60,094 bases of DNA from the NCBI GenBank assembly GCA_041659905.1, contig JBAZXK010000003.1:1-60094 (forward strand). Reading direction: 5' to 3'. Positions 20,277 to 28,469 of the stretch are shown here, piece by piece (within the stretch, counting starts at the first letter, position 1; each line of letters starts with the position of its first letter). This DNA is from Patescibacteria group bacterium (GTDB lineage Bacteria; Patescibacteriota; Kazan-3B-28; UBA10110). A model generated the notes under the pieces. The model made no database searches. It was not told where the DNA came from and was given only the letters and a program-made list of their open reading frames with translations. A program made the translations under genes and the position numbers.

Positions 20277-21554
20277 ATGAAATCAGAGAAAAAAGTAGAT
20301 AAATCACAGGTCGAGCTGAAAATCGCACTAGAAGAAGGAGAGTGGCAGGAAGCGATCAAACAAGCAGCGACTAAACTTTCACAGGGTCTAAAAATTGCCG
20401 GATTTCGTCCCGGCAAAGCCCCACTTGAGGTAATTATGAATGAAGTCGGGGAAACTCGCGTGGTTAGTGAAGCGGCGGAATTCGCTATCAATAAGTTTTA
20501 TCTAACAGCACTAAAAGAACAGCAGGTTTTACCAATCGTCCCGCCGAAAATTTCCGTAGAAAAAGTTGAATTAAAAACTCCTTTAGTCTTTACTGCCACA
20601 GTCGTTACCTTGCCAGAAGTGGAATTAGGGGATTATAAAACTATTAAAATTGCACCAAATCCCGTCGCAGTGGATGCTGACCGGATTGATGGAGTTTTAA
20701 AAAATATTCAACGCCAACAGGCGACTTTTAATTTAGTTGAGCGGGAAGCTAAACTCGGCGATTGGGCGGAAATCGATTTTGAGGGCAAACTTGAGGGGAA
20801 ACCGTTTGCAGGAGGTAGCAGCAAAAATCATCCGTTAATTATAGGCGATGGCGTATTCTTGCCTGATTTTGAAACTGCTCTCATTGGTATGAAAGCGGGC
20901 GAGGAAAAGACTTTTTCAATTACATTCCCACTGGATTACAAAGCTGATCTGGCTAACAAAACTGTCGAATTTACCGTTAAATTGCATCGAGTGAAAGCGG
21001 TGGTATTGCCGGAATTAAATGATGAGTTAGCTAAAGCAGTCGGAAAATTCGATAACCTCGAAGCTCTCAAAAAAGATATCAGCAAGTTTTTAGAAGAAGA
21101 TGCGACCAAACAGGAATTAGATCGGCAAAAAGAAGAAGCCATCAACCAACTAATTAAATTAGCCAAGGTTGATTTGCCGGAAGTATTGGTAGAGCAAGAG
21201 ATTGACGGAATGGTACACGACCTGGAGCATCAACTAGAACATCAAAAAACGACTTTAGCCGAATATCTCAAAAAAACCGAGATGACTGAACAGAAACTGC
21301 GAGAAGATTGGCAAGCGACGGCCCGAAGGCGAGTGCTGGCTGGCCTGGCATTGAATGCTTTTCAGAAAGCGGAAAATATTATAGCTACCGATCAGGATAT
21401 TGATAAAGAAATTGCTCGGTTGCAAGAGATCTATCCGGCCGATAAAGAAAAAATTGTCGAAAAATATCAGCAAGAGTGGGAACGGGGCCGGCTCAAAACA
21501 TTGCTCTCTGGTCAGATGGCCATCGATAAGCTCTGGCAGATGGCCACCAAATAA
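20277..21554 (+). CDS. tig: trigger factor
   Basis: N-terminal ribosome-binding GFRPGKAP motif, central FKBP-like domain, C-terminal helical arms. The ATG at 20277 is preferred over the TTG at 20271. Confidence 0.9.
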   Translation: MKSEKKVDKSQVELKIALEEGEWQEAIKQAATKLSQGLKIAGFRPGKAPLEVIMNEVGETRVVSEAAEFAINKFYLTALKEQQVLPIVPPKISVEKVELKTPLVFTATVVTLPEVELGDYKTIKIAPNPVAVDADRIDGVLKNIQRQQATFNLVEREAKLGDWAEIDFEGKLEGKPFAGGSSKNHPLIIGDGVFLPDFETALIGMKAGEEKTFSITFPLDYKADLANKTVEFTVKLHRVKAVVLPELNDELAKAVGKFDNLEALKKDISKFLEEDATKQELDRQKEEAINQLIKLAKVDLPEVLVEQEIDGMVHDLEHQLEHQKTTLAEYLKKTEMTEQKLREDWQATARRRVLAGLALNAFQKAENIIATDQDIDKEIARLQEIYPADKEKIVEKYQQEWERGRLKTLLSGQMAIDKLWQMATK

Positions 21555-21566
21555 CAAAAATAACTT

Positions 21567-21701
21567 GTCATTCCGGACTTGCGCCAGTCCTCCGTAGCTC
21601 GGAGAGCGAAGGATGGAATCCGGAATCCCTGCCTACCGGCAGGCAGACAGGCCTGGATCCTGAATCCGAACTTGGTCTTCGACCAGTCGGTCCAGGATGA
21701 C
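21567..21701. repeat. MITE-like intergenic repeat element (copy 1)
   Basis: Bounded by gtcattccgg...ccaggatgac imperfect inverted ends. It contains the 18-nt palindrome ctgcctaccggcaggcag. Its ends and a roughly 55-nt 3' block match 41367..41475. Confidence 0.7.
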
Positions 21702-21752
21702 AACAAAGCAGGGATGTTATAATAGGAACAGTTACTCTTAACCGGTAAACCT

Positions 21753-22352
21753 ATGAATTTAATCCCGATGGTGATCGAAAAGTCTTCGTTTGGCGAACGC
21801 GCTTTTGATATTTATTCACGCTTGCTTAAAGATCGCATTATTTTTATCGGCGAGCCGATCGATGATAATGTGGCGAATTTAATTATTGCCCAACTTCTCT
21901 TTTTAGAAAGCGAAGATCCGAAAAAGGATATTCATATGTATATCAATAGCCCGGGAGGCTCGGTCACAGCCGGTTTGGCAATCTATGACACGATGCAGCA
22001 CATTAAATGCGATGTTTCCACGATGTGTGTAGGAATGGCAGCGTCTATGGCAGCCGTCCTGTTGGCCGCTGGCGCCCACGGCAAACGGTTTGCCTTGCCC
22101 CATGCCCGGATATTGATTCATCAAGTGATGGGAGGGGCTCAAGGCCAAGCTAGCGATATCGATATCCAAGCCAAAGAAATCCTCCGCATCAAAGTTATCT
22201 TAAATGAAATTTTATCTGATCATACTGGCCAATCGGTAGATAAGATTGAGAAGGATGCCGATCGCGATTACTACATGTCGGCCGATGAAGCGAAGAAATA
22301 TGGCTTAGTGGATAAGGTGACCGACAAAGCCAAAGTCGCTACCGCTGCTTAA
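21753..22352 (+). CDS. clpP: ATP-dependent Clp protease proteolytic subunit
   Basis: 199 aa. [28 protein letters not shown] (Ser) and RILIHQ (His) contexts. Confidence 0.93.
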   Translation: MNLIPMVIEKSSFGERAFDIYSRLLKDRIIFIGEPIDDNVANLIIAQLLFLESEDPKKDIHMYINSPGGSVTAGLAIYDTMQHIKCDVSTMCVGMAASMAAVLLAAGAHGKRFALPHARILIHQVMGGAQGQASDIDIQAKEILRIKVILNEILSDHTGQSVDKIEKDADRDYYMSADEAKKYGLVDKVTDKAKVATAA

Positions 22353-22446
22353 TTATTGTTTCAGTTAATTAGTATAAAACTATTTACAGGAGCTGTTTTT
22401 CATGTAATTTGTAGATATCATTTTGTTCTTTTGGAGGAAAAGCTAA

Positions 22447-22665
22447 ATGATAACAATAGATGATCTCGATGCCAGGATCGAAGATTTTTCCGATGCTAGT
22501 AAGTGGTTAATGGCTAGTATCAAGAAGTTCTCCGTGGCTGGGGGGAATAAGGAAAAACAGAAGCAGTTTAAGTGTCTCAAGCAAGCTGCTGCAACTGCCA
22601 TTGAAGAAGCCAGAATAGCCATTGACGGGTTCCAAGACGAATTAGAATTCTTGTTATCACAATAA
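22447..22665 (+). CDS. small hypothetical coiled-coil protein
   Basis: 72 aa. SD ggagg lies 7-8 nt upstream and a terminator follows. Confidence 0.5.
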   Translation: MITIDDLDARIEDFSDASKWLMASIKKFSVAGGNKEKQKQFKCLKQAAATAIEEARIAIDGFQDELEFLLSQ

Positions 22666-22704
22666 GAATAAAAATATAGTCTTGGTTCCCCATCTCTGCC
22701 CTGC

Positions 22705-22736
22705 GGGTGGTCAAGCAAGCCACCCTTTTCTTTTTG
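22705..22736 (+). terminator. rho-independent terminator
   Basis: gggtgg-tcaagcaag-ccaccc followed by ttttctttttg. Confidence 0.7.
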
Positions 22737-22751
22737 CTATGATGATGAGTA

Positions 22752-23684
22752 ATGGATATAACCATACTTGATCACAATTTGGAGCTATTGGTCGGTCACA
22801 GCCAGGCGAAACATTTATTAACTAAAGGCTTGGTTATGGGCAGTTGCTCGGCTTATTTATTAGTCGGGCCTCCTTATGTCGGAAAAGGGTTTTTAGCGCG
22901 ACTGATGGCAGCTAGCTTGCATAACAAAGACAATACTCAGCGTCCCCATCCAGATACAGTTATCTTTGATGACATTCTCGCAAAAAATAGCGGCGATAGC
23001 GACGAAAACCAATGGAAACAATCGGTCGATGATTTTATCCATGCGATTTATTTGTCACCTGTCCAATCATCTAAAAAAGTGGGTATTGTCGAGAATATTG
23101 ATCGGTTTAGCCCCCAGGCTCTTAATGCTTTGTTGAAGACTCTCGAAGAGCCGCCGGCGCGAGCCGTGTTGATCCTGACTGCCCGGGAAGCCACTGATAT
23201 CTTACCGACGATTATTTCGCGGGTGCAGGTTGTGCGGTTGCATTATTTGTCTGATGCGGAAATTACTGATTATTTACAAACACAACAGGCTAAGCAAATT
23301 CCAGAAATCATCGCTTTGGCCAATGGAGCGGTCGGAATGACCAGCCGATTATTGCAAGATGATAAATTATTGGATAAATCCATTAAAGGTATGGCTGATT
23401 TTGGTATCTGGCTGCAAAAAGATGTGTACAAAATATTGCAACTGGCTAACATTAAAGATCGCGACGAAGCCATAGTTTTAGTGCAAATGTGGTTAAATTT
23501 AGCGCACCGAGCTTGGTTAGGAAAATTAAATAATACCACCGGTCCTTTGGCGGATTTGGCCCAGAATTATTCCACAACTGATTTCATCCGTATTATTGAC
23601 CGCTTAAAATCGGTCTTATTGGCTTTAGAAAATAACGCCAATGTCCGGATTGCTTTAGAAGCGACTCTACTCTCTATCGTCTAA
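22752..23684 (+). CDS. holB: DNA polymerase III delta-prime subunit
   Basis: AAA+ clamp-loader pattern: LLVGPPYVGKG, ALNALLKTLEEPP, TIISRVQVV (SRC-like). Confidence 0.8.
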   Translation: MDITILDHNLELLVGHSQAKHLLTKGLVMGSCSAYLLVGPPYVGKGFLARLMAASLHNKDNTQRPHPDTVIFDDILAKNSGDSDENQWKQSVDDFIHAIYLSPVQSSKKVGIVENIDRFSPQALNALLKTLEEPPARAVLILTAREATDILPTIISRVQVVRLHYLSDAEITDYLQTQQAKQIPEIIALANGAVGMTSRLLQDDKLLDKSIKGMADFGIWLQKDVYKILQLANIKDRDEAIVLVQMWLNLAHRAWLGKLNNTTGPLADLAQNYSTTDFIRIIDRLKSVLLALENNANVRIALEATLLSIV

Positions 23685-23744
23685 GGTTTGTTATAATAAG
23701 AAAGATTCTTGGGATATAACCTAAATAGGAGATATTTTTAAAAG

Positions 23745-24350
23745 ATGGCCATATTAGAGCTGATTATTTTTGCCGCAACCGTAGTCTTGTTGATTATGAT
23801 CCTGAAAAAATTGCCTCTCGAAAAAGAGGTAGTTAAACGATTGTCTCACGAAGCTCGTCAATTAGTTAAAGATGAAGACGAAGAAGAGGATGATGATGAA
23901 GATGTGGTAGCTCGGGCAGATCGCTTGGCTCAAACGGGAGAATACCATAAAGCCGAAAGAATTTATTTGCGTCTAATTACTAAAGATCCGCAAGCCGCCA
24001 GTTTATACAATAAATTAGCGTTGGTTTATTTAGGCGATAAAAACTATAAAGACGCAAGTCACGCTTTAGAGCAAGCCTTGCAATTGGAGCCGGATAATGA
24101 TACTTTTTACAATAATCAAGGCCTATTGTTCTATCAGCAAGCCCAATATGAAGAATCAATTGAAAGTTACGAAAAGTCGATTGCCATTAACAATAAGGTA
24201 GCCTCGCGGTTTATGAATTTAGGGCTGGCTTATTTTATGTCCAAAAAGCACCGGAAAGCAGCGGACGCTTATGAAAAGGCCTTAATTTTGGAACCGCATA
24301 ACGATGAGTATAAGCGATTATTAGCGGACGCCGAAGCCAAATTAAAGTAA
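23745..24350 (+). CDS. membrane-anchored TPR-repeat protein
   Basis: N-terminal TM helix, an acidic linker (DEDEEEDDDED), then four or more TPR-like 34-mers (YNKLALVYLGDKNYKDASHALEQALQLEPDN...). Confidence 0.75.
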   Translation: MAILELIIFAATVVLLIMILKKLPLEKEVVKRLSHEARQLVKDEDEEEDDDEDVVARADRLAQTGEYHKAERIYLRLITKDPQAASLYNKLALVYLGDKNYKDASHALEQALQLEPDNDTFYNNQGLLFYQQAQYEESIESYEKSIAINNKVASRFMNLGLAYFMSKKHRKAADAYEKALILEPHNDEYKRLLADAEAKLK

Positions 24351-24578
24351 TTCTAGTTACTTTCCCAAGGAAAGTAACCAAAGTCCTCCGGCAGTCACCC
24401 TTGCTCTGGATAATATGAAAATATAGCTTTCCGTTCTCGCCGGTATAACCGGCTTCACGAAGTGCTAATTTTCATCATCCAGTACGCTCGGGTTCCAATG
24501 CCGGGTAGGGGAAAAGAAGCGGTCGAATTACAATTTTGATATTCTTGATTAGCTGAGCGATAGATTGAAATATAGGAT

Positions 24579-24653
24579 GCCGGTGTAGCTCAGTGGTAGA
24601 GCAATCGCTTTGTAAGCGAAAGGTCGCGGGTTCAAATCCCATCACCGGCTCCA
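24579..24653 (+). tRNA. tRNA-Thr(UGU), CCA encoded
   Basis: gccggtgtagctcagtggtagagcaatcgctttgtaagcgaaaggtcgcgggttcaaatcccatcaccggctcca. Acceptor gccggtg/caccggc, anticodon loop tttgtaa. One mismatch in the T stem and one at the base of the anticodon stem. Confidence 0.8.
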
Positions 24654-24668
24654 TAATATTGAAAACAT

Positions 24669-24755
24669 GCCGGGATACTCAAGTGGTCAACGAGAGCGGT
24701 CTGTAAAACCGTTGCCTTTATGGCTGCGTAGGTCCGAATCCTACTCCCGGCACCA
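24669..24755 (+). tRNA. tRNA-Tyr(GUA), class II, CCA encoded
   Basis: gccgggatactcaagtggtcaacgagagcggtctgtaaaaccgttgcctttatggctgcgtaggtccgaatcctactcccggcacca. Acceptor gccggga/tcccggc, anticodon loop ctgtaaa, long variable arm. Confidence 0.88.
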
Positions 24756-24967
24756 GCAAAAAATATTACACACCTTTAGGTGGGCAATATTTTTTGCTAT
24801 GTATCTAATTAGGATTCGGACCTGGGAAAGGGGTCGGGGAAACGGGAGTTTCCCCGTAGTGGAGGCAACCCCGAGCAATAGTCGAGGGGTGTCGGACCTG
24901 CCTACCGGCAGGCAGGACCGCAAGGGTCCGAGGAGTCCCGATGTAACATCGGGACGACAGGTTCCAT

Positions 24968-24986
24968 ATCCTACTCCCGGCACCAG
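24968..24986 (+). repeat. exact 19-nt duplicate of the tRNA-Tyr 3' end (atcctactcccggcaccag; the other copy is 24738..24756)
   Basis: The direct repeat is 230 bp apart. Each copy is followed by a long hairpin and then ggattcggacctgggaaagggg (24812-24833 and 25041-25062). Confidence 0.85.
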
Positions 24987-25104
24987 AAAATTGCCTACCA
25001 CCATCCGGTGGCTAGCAATTTTCTGATATTGAGATAGTTGGGATTCGGACCTGGGAAAGGGGTTGGGAAATACAGAGGGTATTATCTAGTAAAAGATAAT
25101 AGTC

Positions 25105-25133
25105 TTGACAAATCAATAAAAGTATAGTATAAT
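25105..25133 (+). promoter_or_regulatory. consensus sigma70-type promoter
   Basis: ttgaca (25105-25110), a 17-nt spacer, then tataat (25128-25133), 27 nt upstream of the ATG at 25160. Confidence 0.65.
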
Positions 25134-25159
25134 GAAATAATATTTATAAACTGATTAAT

Positions 25160-25873
25160 ATGTCGACCGAAACCTTTTCCAACCCAGATCTTTCTGAAAT
25201 TAACTCTAGTGAAAACATAGGTGATCTTGGAGGCGGGACAGAAACGGAAGTGTCGCCAGAGGAAGTAATAACAGAAACAGAAAACCAGCCTGGTCAAGAG
25301 CCGGTAGGTCCAACTGAGGGTATAAAAAAAGAAGAAATTCCTTCAACTGAATCAGAAGCAGACATTCAACGAAAAATAGATGAAGCGACCACAGAACTGA
25401 ACTTGGCTTTCTCTGAAAAAGAATCTCAAGGTTTAAATCCCGATAAAACCAAATCAGAAGAAATCCTGTCATTAGAAGAATTACTAAGCGATGAAGAACT
25501 TGTAACCATAGGTAAACAGTTTATTAAACTATTTGAATCTCTCACCCTGCAAGAATTACAAAGCATGATTGAAACTGGTCTTAACTCGAAGGGCGAAGAA
25601 GTGAGGAATCCAGCTACTGGAGAGAGATTAACACCAGAAATGACCAAGACCTTAGCAAAGACATTTCAACAACTCCTTTTTGTCTGGCTTCGTTTTATAT
25701 TCGAACTTATTACCGGACTCCCGCAGGGGAATCAACAAGAAGAAACTACCAAAGAGCCTTATCATCCGGCGAATCAGACGCCTGAAGCAACTGCATCAAT
25801 AGAACCGCTAGAAGAAACTGAAAAGTTGGGTGATACGAAAATAATTCCTTCTACTGAGGATACTGGAAAGTAG
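25160..25873 (+). CDS. acidic, low-complexity hypothetical protein
   Basis: 237 aa, E/T/P/S-rich ends with one hydrophobic segment (LLFVWLRFIFELITGL). A consensus promoter lies upstream. Confidence 0.6.
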   Translation: MSTETFSNPDLSEINSSENIGDLGGGTETEVSPEEVITETENQPGQEPVGPTEGIKKEEIPSTESEADIQRKIDEATTELNLAFSEKESQGLNPDKTKSEEILSLEELLSDEELVTIGKQFIKLFESLTLQELQSMIETGLNSKGEEVRNPATGERLTPEMTKTLAKTFQQLLFVWLRFIFELITGLPQGNQQEETTKEPYHPANQTPEATASIEPLEETEKLGDTKIIPSTEDTGK

Positions 25874-27001
25874 GACCATCAAGCATTCTTAGGTGATGTA
25901 GAAAAACGTAAGGTCAGCTATTGGGCAATGACTGGTTTTTTGTTGTATAATTTACTCAGTAAATGAAATTGTACATTGAATAGAATGGATTGGGTATGCT
26001 TTCATGAAGAATCAGTATGAGAGATTTTTCGTGGAGCAACCCACCGACTCCATACCGTAAATAGATCAACGGATGGGCGAGAGAGAGTAACTCTTCTTTG
26101 CCGCATCCAAGGTGGTTTATATACCACCCCGGGCGTTTATTCTTCGGTACTTTCTTAGGCACTGCTCGGACTATAAAAAAGTAGCCGGGCCGGCTATAGC
26201 AGTCTGGCGCACCTAGAATAATCTGACGCTTATTGCTTCCTTTCAGCAAGGAGAGCAAGAAGGAGATTATTATGAGACATTTATTTGGCAGGTCGATTTC
26301 CAAAATCAGAAAAAAGAAAGCTGACCAGGAAGCCTCCAGTAAAATTAACAGTCGAAGAAGCCGAAGCGAAGAAGCCCAGGATGCCCAGTAACTCAGTGGA
26401 GTTCAGTGGCAAAAACTGTTATCCGGAGATCGTGAGTCGGCCCACGGCATATCGCCAGAGTAGCATTAAACAGGCAGTACTTGGGTGTTCTTGCGCCATA
26501 AAAAAAGCGTGAAGATTAAGTCACCCGCTGCAAGTTGTTGCCGCTTACGGCGCTCTATTCCAGTGGAGCTGCTTCTCACGGATCGACCAATCGAAAAACG
26601 CGCCTTTCTCTAAAAGGGGGAGGCGCTTTATTGTATAATATAATTAATATATTGTTGGAGCTTGAAATATCAAATCTCGCACAGGAAGGGGCATGGGTCT
26701 TTTCTTGTTGCGGAAAGGAGTGCTTACATCATGAGACATTTAGTATTAGTGAACAACACGTAAGGCCGAACTGCGCAGAGTAACGAGAAACCCTCGTTAA
26801 ATGAAAGGAGAAGGAAATGCGGACGACCTAAGTGTCGGTAGTGTTGGTAGAGAGGCATGTTCTTTTCCCTCGTGATTCCCTGCTTAATAGCCGGAACGAG
26901 AGAGGGTGTACTTCACGATTTCTACGTAAAAATCGATCAAATTTCAGGACGGTTGTGCGAAGGAACGAATAAATACGGCAAAAAAGGAGGAATAATCGAA
27001 C

Positions 27002-27220
27002 ATGAATCCACGGCGTGGATCACCAGATGGTACTTCTTCACTAACAACCAATTTCGAGAAGTTAGTCAGAACGGCCCACCTGCACTCGACAACCAAGAAA
27101 GCTACTACGGCGAAGAGAAAAGCCGGCGGAACATCCTCACTAGGCGAGTACTGTCGCACAAAAGAAAGCGGCAATAACGAGCTTAATGCCATCCAGCAGA
27201 AGAGTATGCCCATAGGTTAG
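27002..27220 (+). CDS. small basic hypothetical protein
   Basis: 72 aa. Strong SD aaggagg (26984-26990) and a terminator at 27284-27313. The sequence is low complexity, so coding status is uncertain. Confidence 0.35.
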   Translation: MNPRRGSPDGTSSLTTNFEKLVRTAHLHSTTKKATTAKRKAGGTSSLGEYCRTKESGNNELNAIQQKSMPIG

Positions 27221-27395
27221 ATCACATAACCTGGAAGGCACACATTGGTATGGCAAGCGAGATTAATGTTCGAAAATATTCTGCTCCCCTGAATAAAAAC
27301 GGGGGAGTTTTTCTTTAACTTTTTATAACAGAGCAATATCTATACTTGGAGTTATTATCTTAATAACCTATAATGAATTTATAAATTATCAAAGT

Positions 27396-27983
27396 ATGAT
27401 TTTTTCTAAACCCGGATTATCGGACTTATATATTAAAAAAGGATACTCTGTTTCTGCTATAGCCAGGCATTTTAATTGCTCTGAAAACAAAATAAACTAT
27501 TGGTTCAAAAAATATGGTGTTCCCAAAAGGAATATAAGTGATGCTATGTATCTTAAACGTAATCCGGGGGGTGATCCTTTTCGGTTTTCTTATCCCAGCA
27601 CCTTAGAAGGAGTTAAATTGTTAGGCATGGGATTAGGATTATATTGGGGTGAGGGCAATAAAGCGGATAAGAATTCAGTCAGATTGGGCAACACAGATTC
27701 GAGCTTAATTAATAAATATATAGATTTCTTAATTAAGATTTGCCAAGTTAACCCGGATAAGTTAAGATTTGGGTTGCAGATTTTCTCTGATACTGATCCT
27801 GGAACAGCATTAAATTACTGGGTTAAGATCATCGGGTTTCCCAGACAACAGTTCTTGCCAAAAGTAATAGTAACCCCAACTAGAGGGGTAGGTAGTTATA
27901 AAAAGAAATCTAAGTATGGTGTTTTAACGGTTTACTTCCACAATAAGAAATTAAAAAACTTGTTGATGAGTATGTTAAATTAG
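27396..27983 (+). CDS. putative single-motif LAGLIDADG-type homing endonuclease with an N-terminal HTH
   Basis: 195 aa. LLGMGLGLYWGEGNK followed by SVRLGNTDSSLINKYIDFL fits the LAGLIDADG helix plus following beta pattern. N-terminal YSVSAIARHFNCSENKINYWFKKYGV is HTH-like. The ORF ends 12 nt before an intron-containing tRNA. Confidence 0.45.
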   Translation: MIFSKPGLSDLYIKKGYSVSAIARHFNCSENKINYWFKKYGVPKRNISDAMYLKRNPGGDPFRFSYPSTLEGVKLLGMGLGLYWGEGNKADKNSVRLGNTDSSLINKYIDFLIKICQVNPDKLRFGLQIFSDTDPGTALNYWVKIIGFPRQQFLPKVIVTPTRGVGSYKKKSKYGVLTVYFHNKKLKNLLMSMLN

Positions 27984-27995
27984 TATTGTAGTCAG

Positions 27996-28273
27996 GCCCA
28001 CGTAGCTCAGCTGGTAGAGCAACTCCATGGTAGAGCATTCACTCTCTGCCCACTAGCAAAGAAATTTGTTAGTGAATCCCGAATAACGGTTAAAGATTAG
28101 TGCCTAATTAAGACCGTGGCGGTAAAATCGCCCGAACGACTGACAAGGGAGGCATCATCTCGTGAGGGAAATGTCTAAGATACAGTCTAATCCTCTCGTA
28201 TATGGCGATAATATCTAAGGAGAGGTATAAATGAAGGAGTAGGTCAGCAGTTCAAGTCTGCTCGTGGGCTCCA
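27996..28273 (+). tRNA. tRNA-Thr(GGU) interrupted by a group I intron between nt 36 and 37; CCA encoded
   Basis: 5' exon 27996-28031: gcccacgtagctcagctggtagagcaactccatggt. 3' exon 28234-28273: aaggagtaggtcagcagttcaagtctgctcgtgggctcca. Joined, they give acceptor gcccacg/cgtgggc, anticodon stem actcc/ggagt, loop atggtaa and T-loop ttcaagt. Confidence 0.8.
28032..28233 (+). ncRNA. group I self-splicing intron (202 nt, no internal ORF)
   Basis: P1 is ggt|agag paired with ctctgcc, giving a U-G wobble at the splice site. The intron ends in G. P-like aataacggttaaag, Q-like aagaccgtggc, R-like cgactgaca and S-like aagatacagtct are present, with P4 (acggt/accgt) and P7 (gactg/cagtc) pairings. Confidence 0.75.
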
Positions 28274-28469
28274 GCCTACGCTACATTTAGTAGCTTCGGC
28301 TGGTTGTACCAGCCATTATAAATAGAACAAAAGCGTAGGCTGTCCTTCGTAGCGCTATCTATATTGGGAGAGACTAATGATCTATTCCCAATGAGATGAA
28401 ACGCAGGATGGACATCGTCGCTTGGCTGTATCAATTTAAGCAACCCCTGAAGTATTATAATAGACAGTT

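Noticed and set aside
24860-24990. A possible second (pseudo-)tRNA-Tyr ending at 24986.
   Set aside because: Only the last 19-25 nt match the tRNA. No complementary 5' acceptor strand (gccggga), D-arm or anticodon arm can be found upstream.
24667-25026. ORFs 24667..25026 (+) and 24741..25004 (-).
   Set aside because: They run across tRNA-Tyr and the palindromic repeat block, so they are translated RNA and repeat sequence.
25956-26303. 115-aa minus-strand ORF.
   Set aside because: It has no SD and no recognisable motif. Its 5' end overlaps a plus-strand mini-ORF with a strong SD, and plus-strand promoter-like elements flank it. Coding status is left unresolved rather than called.
26857-27177. 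106-aa plus-strand ORF overlapping the 27002..27220 ORF in another frame.
   Set aside because: It has no SD. The 27002 ORF has a strong aaggagg and a downstream terminator, although even that one is low-confidence.
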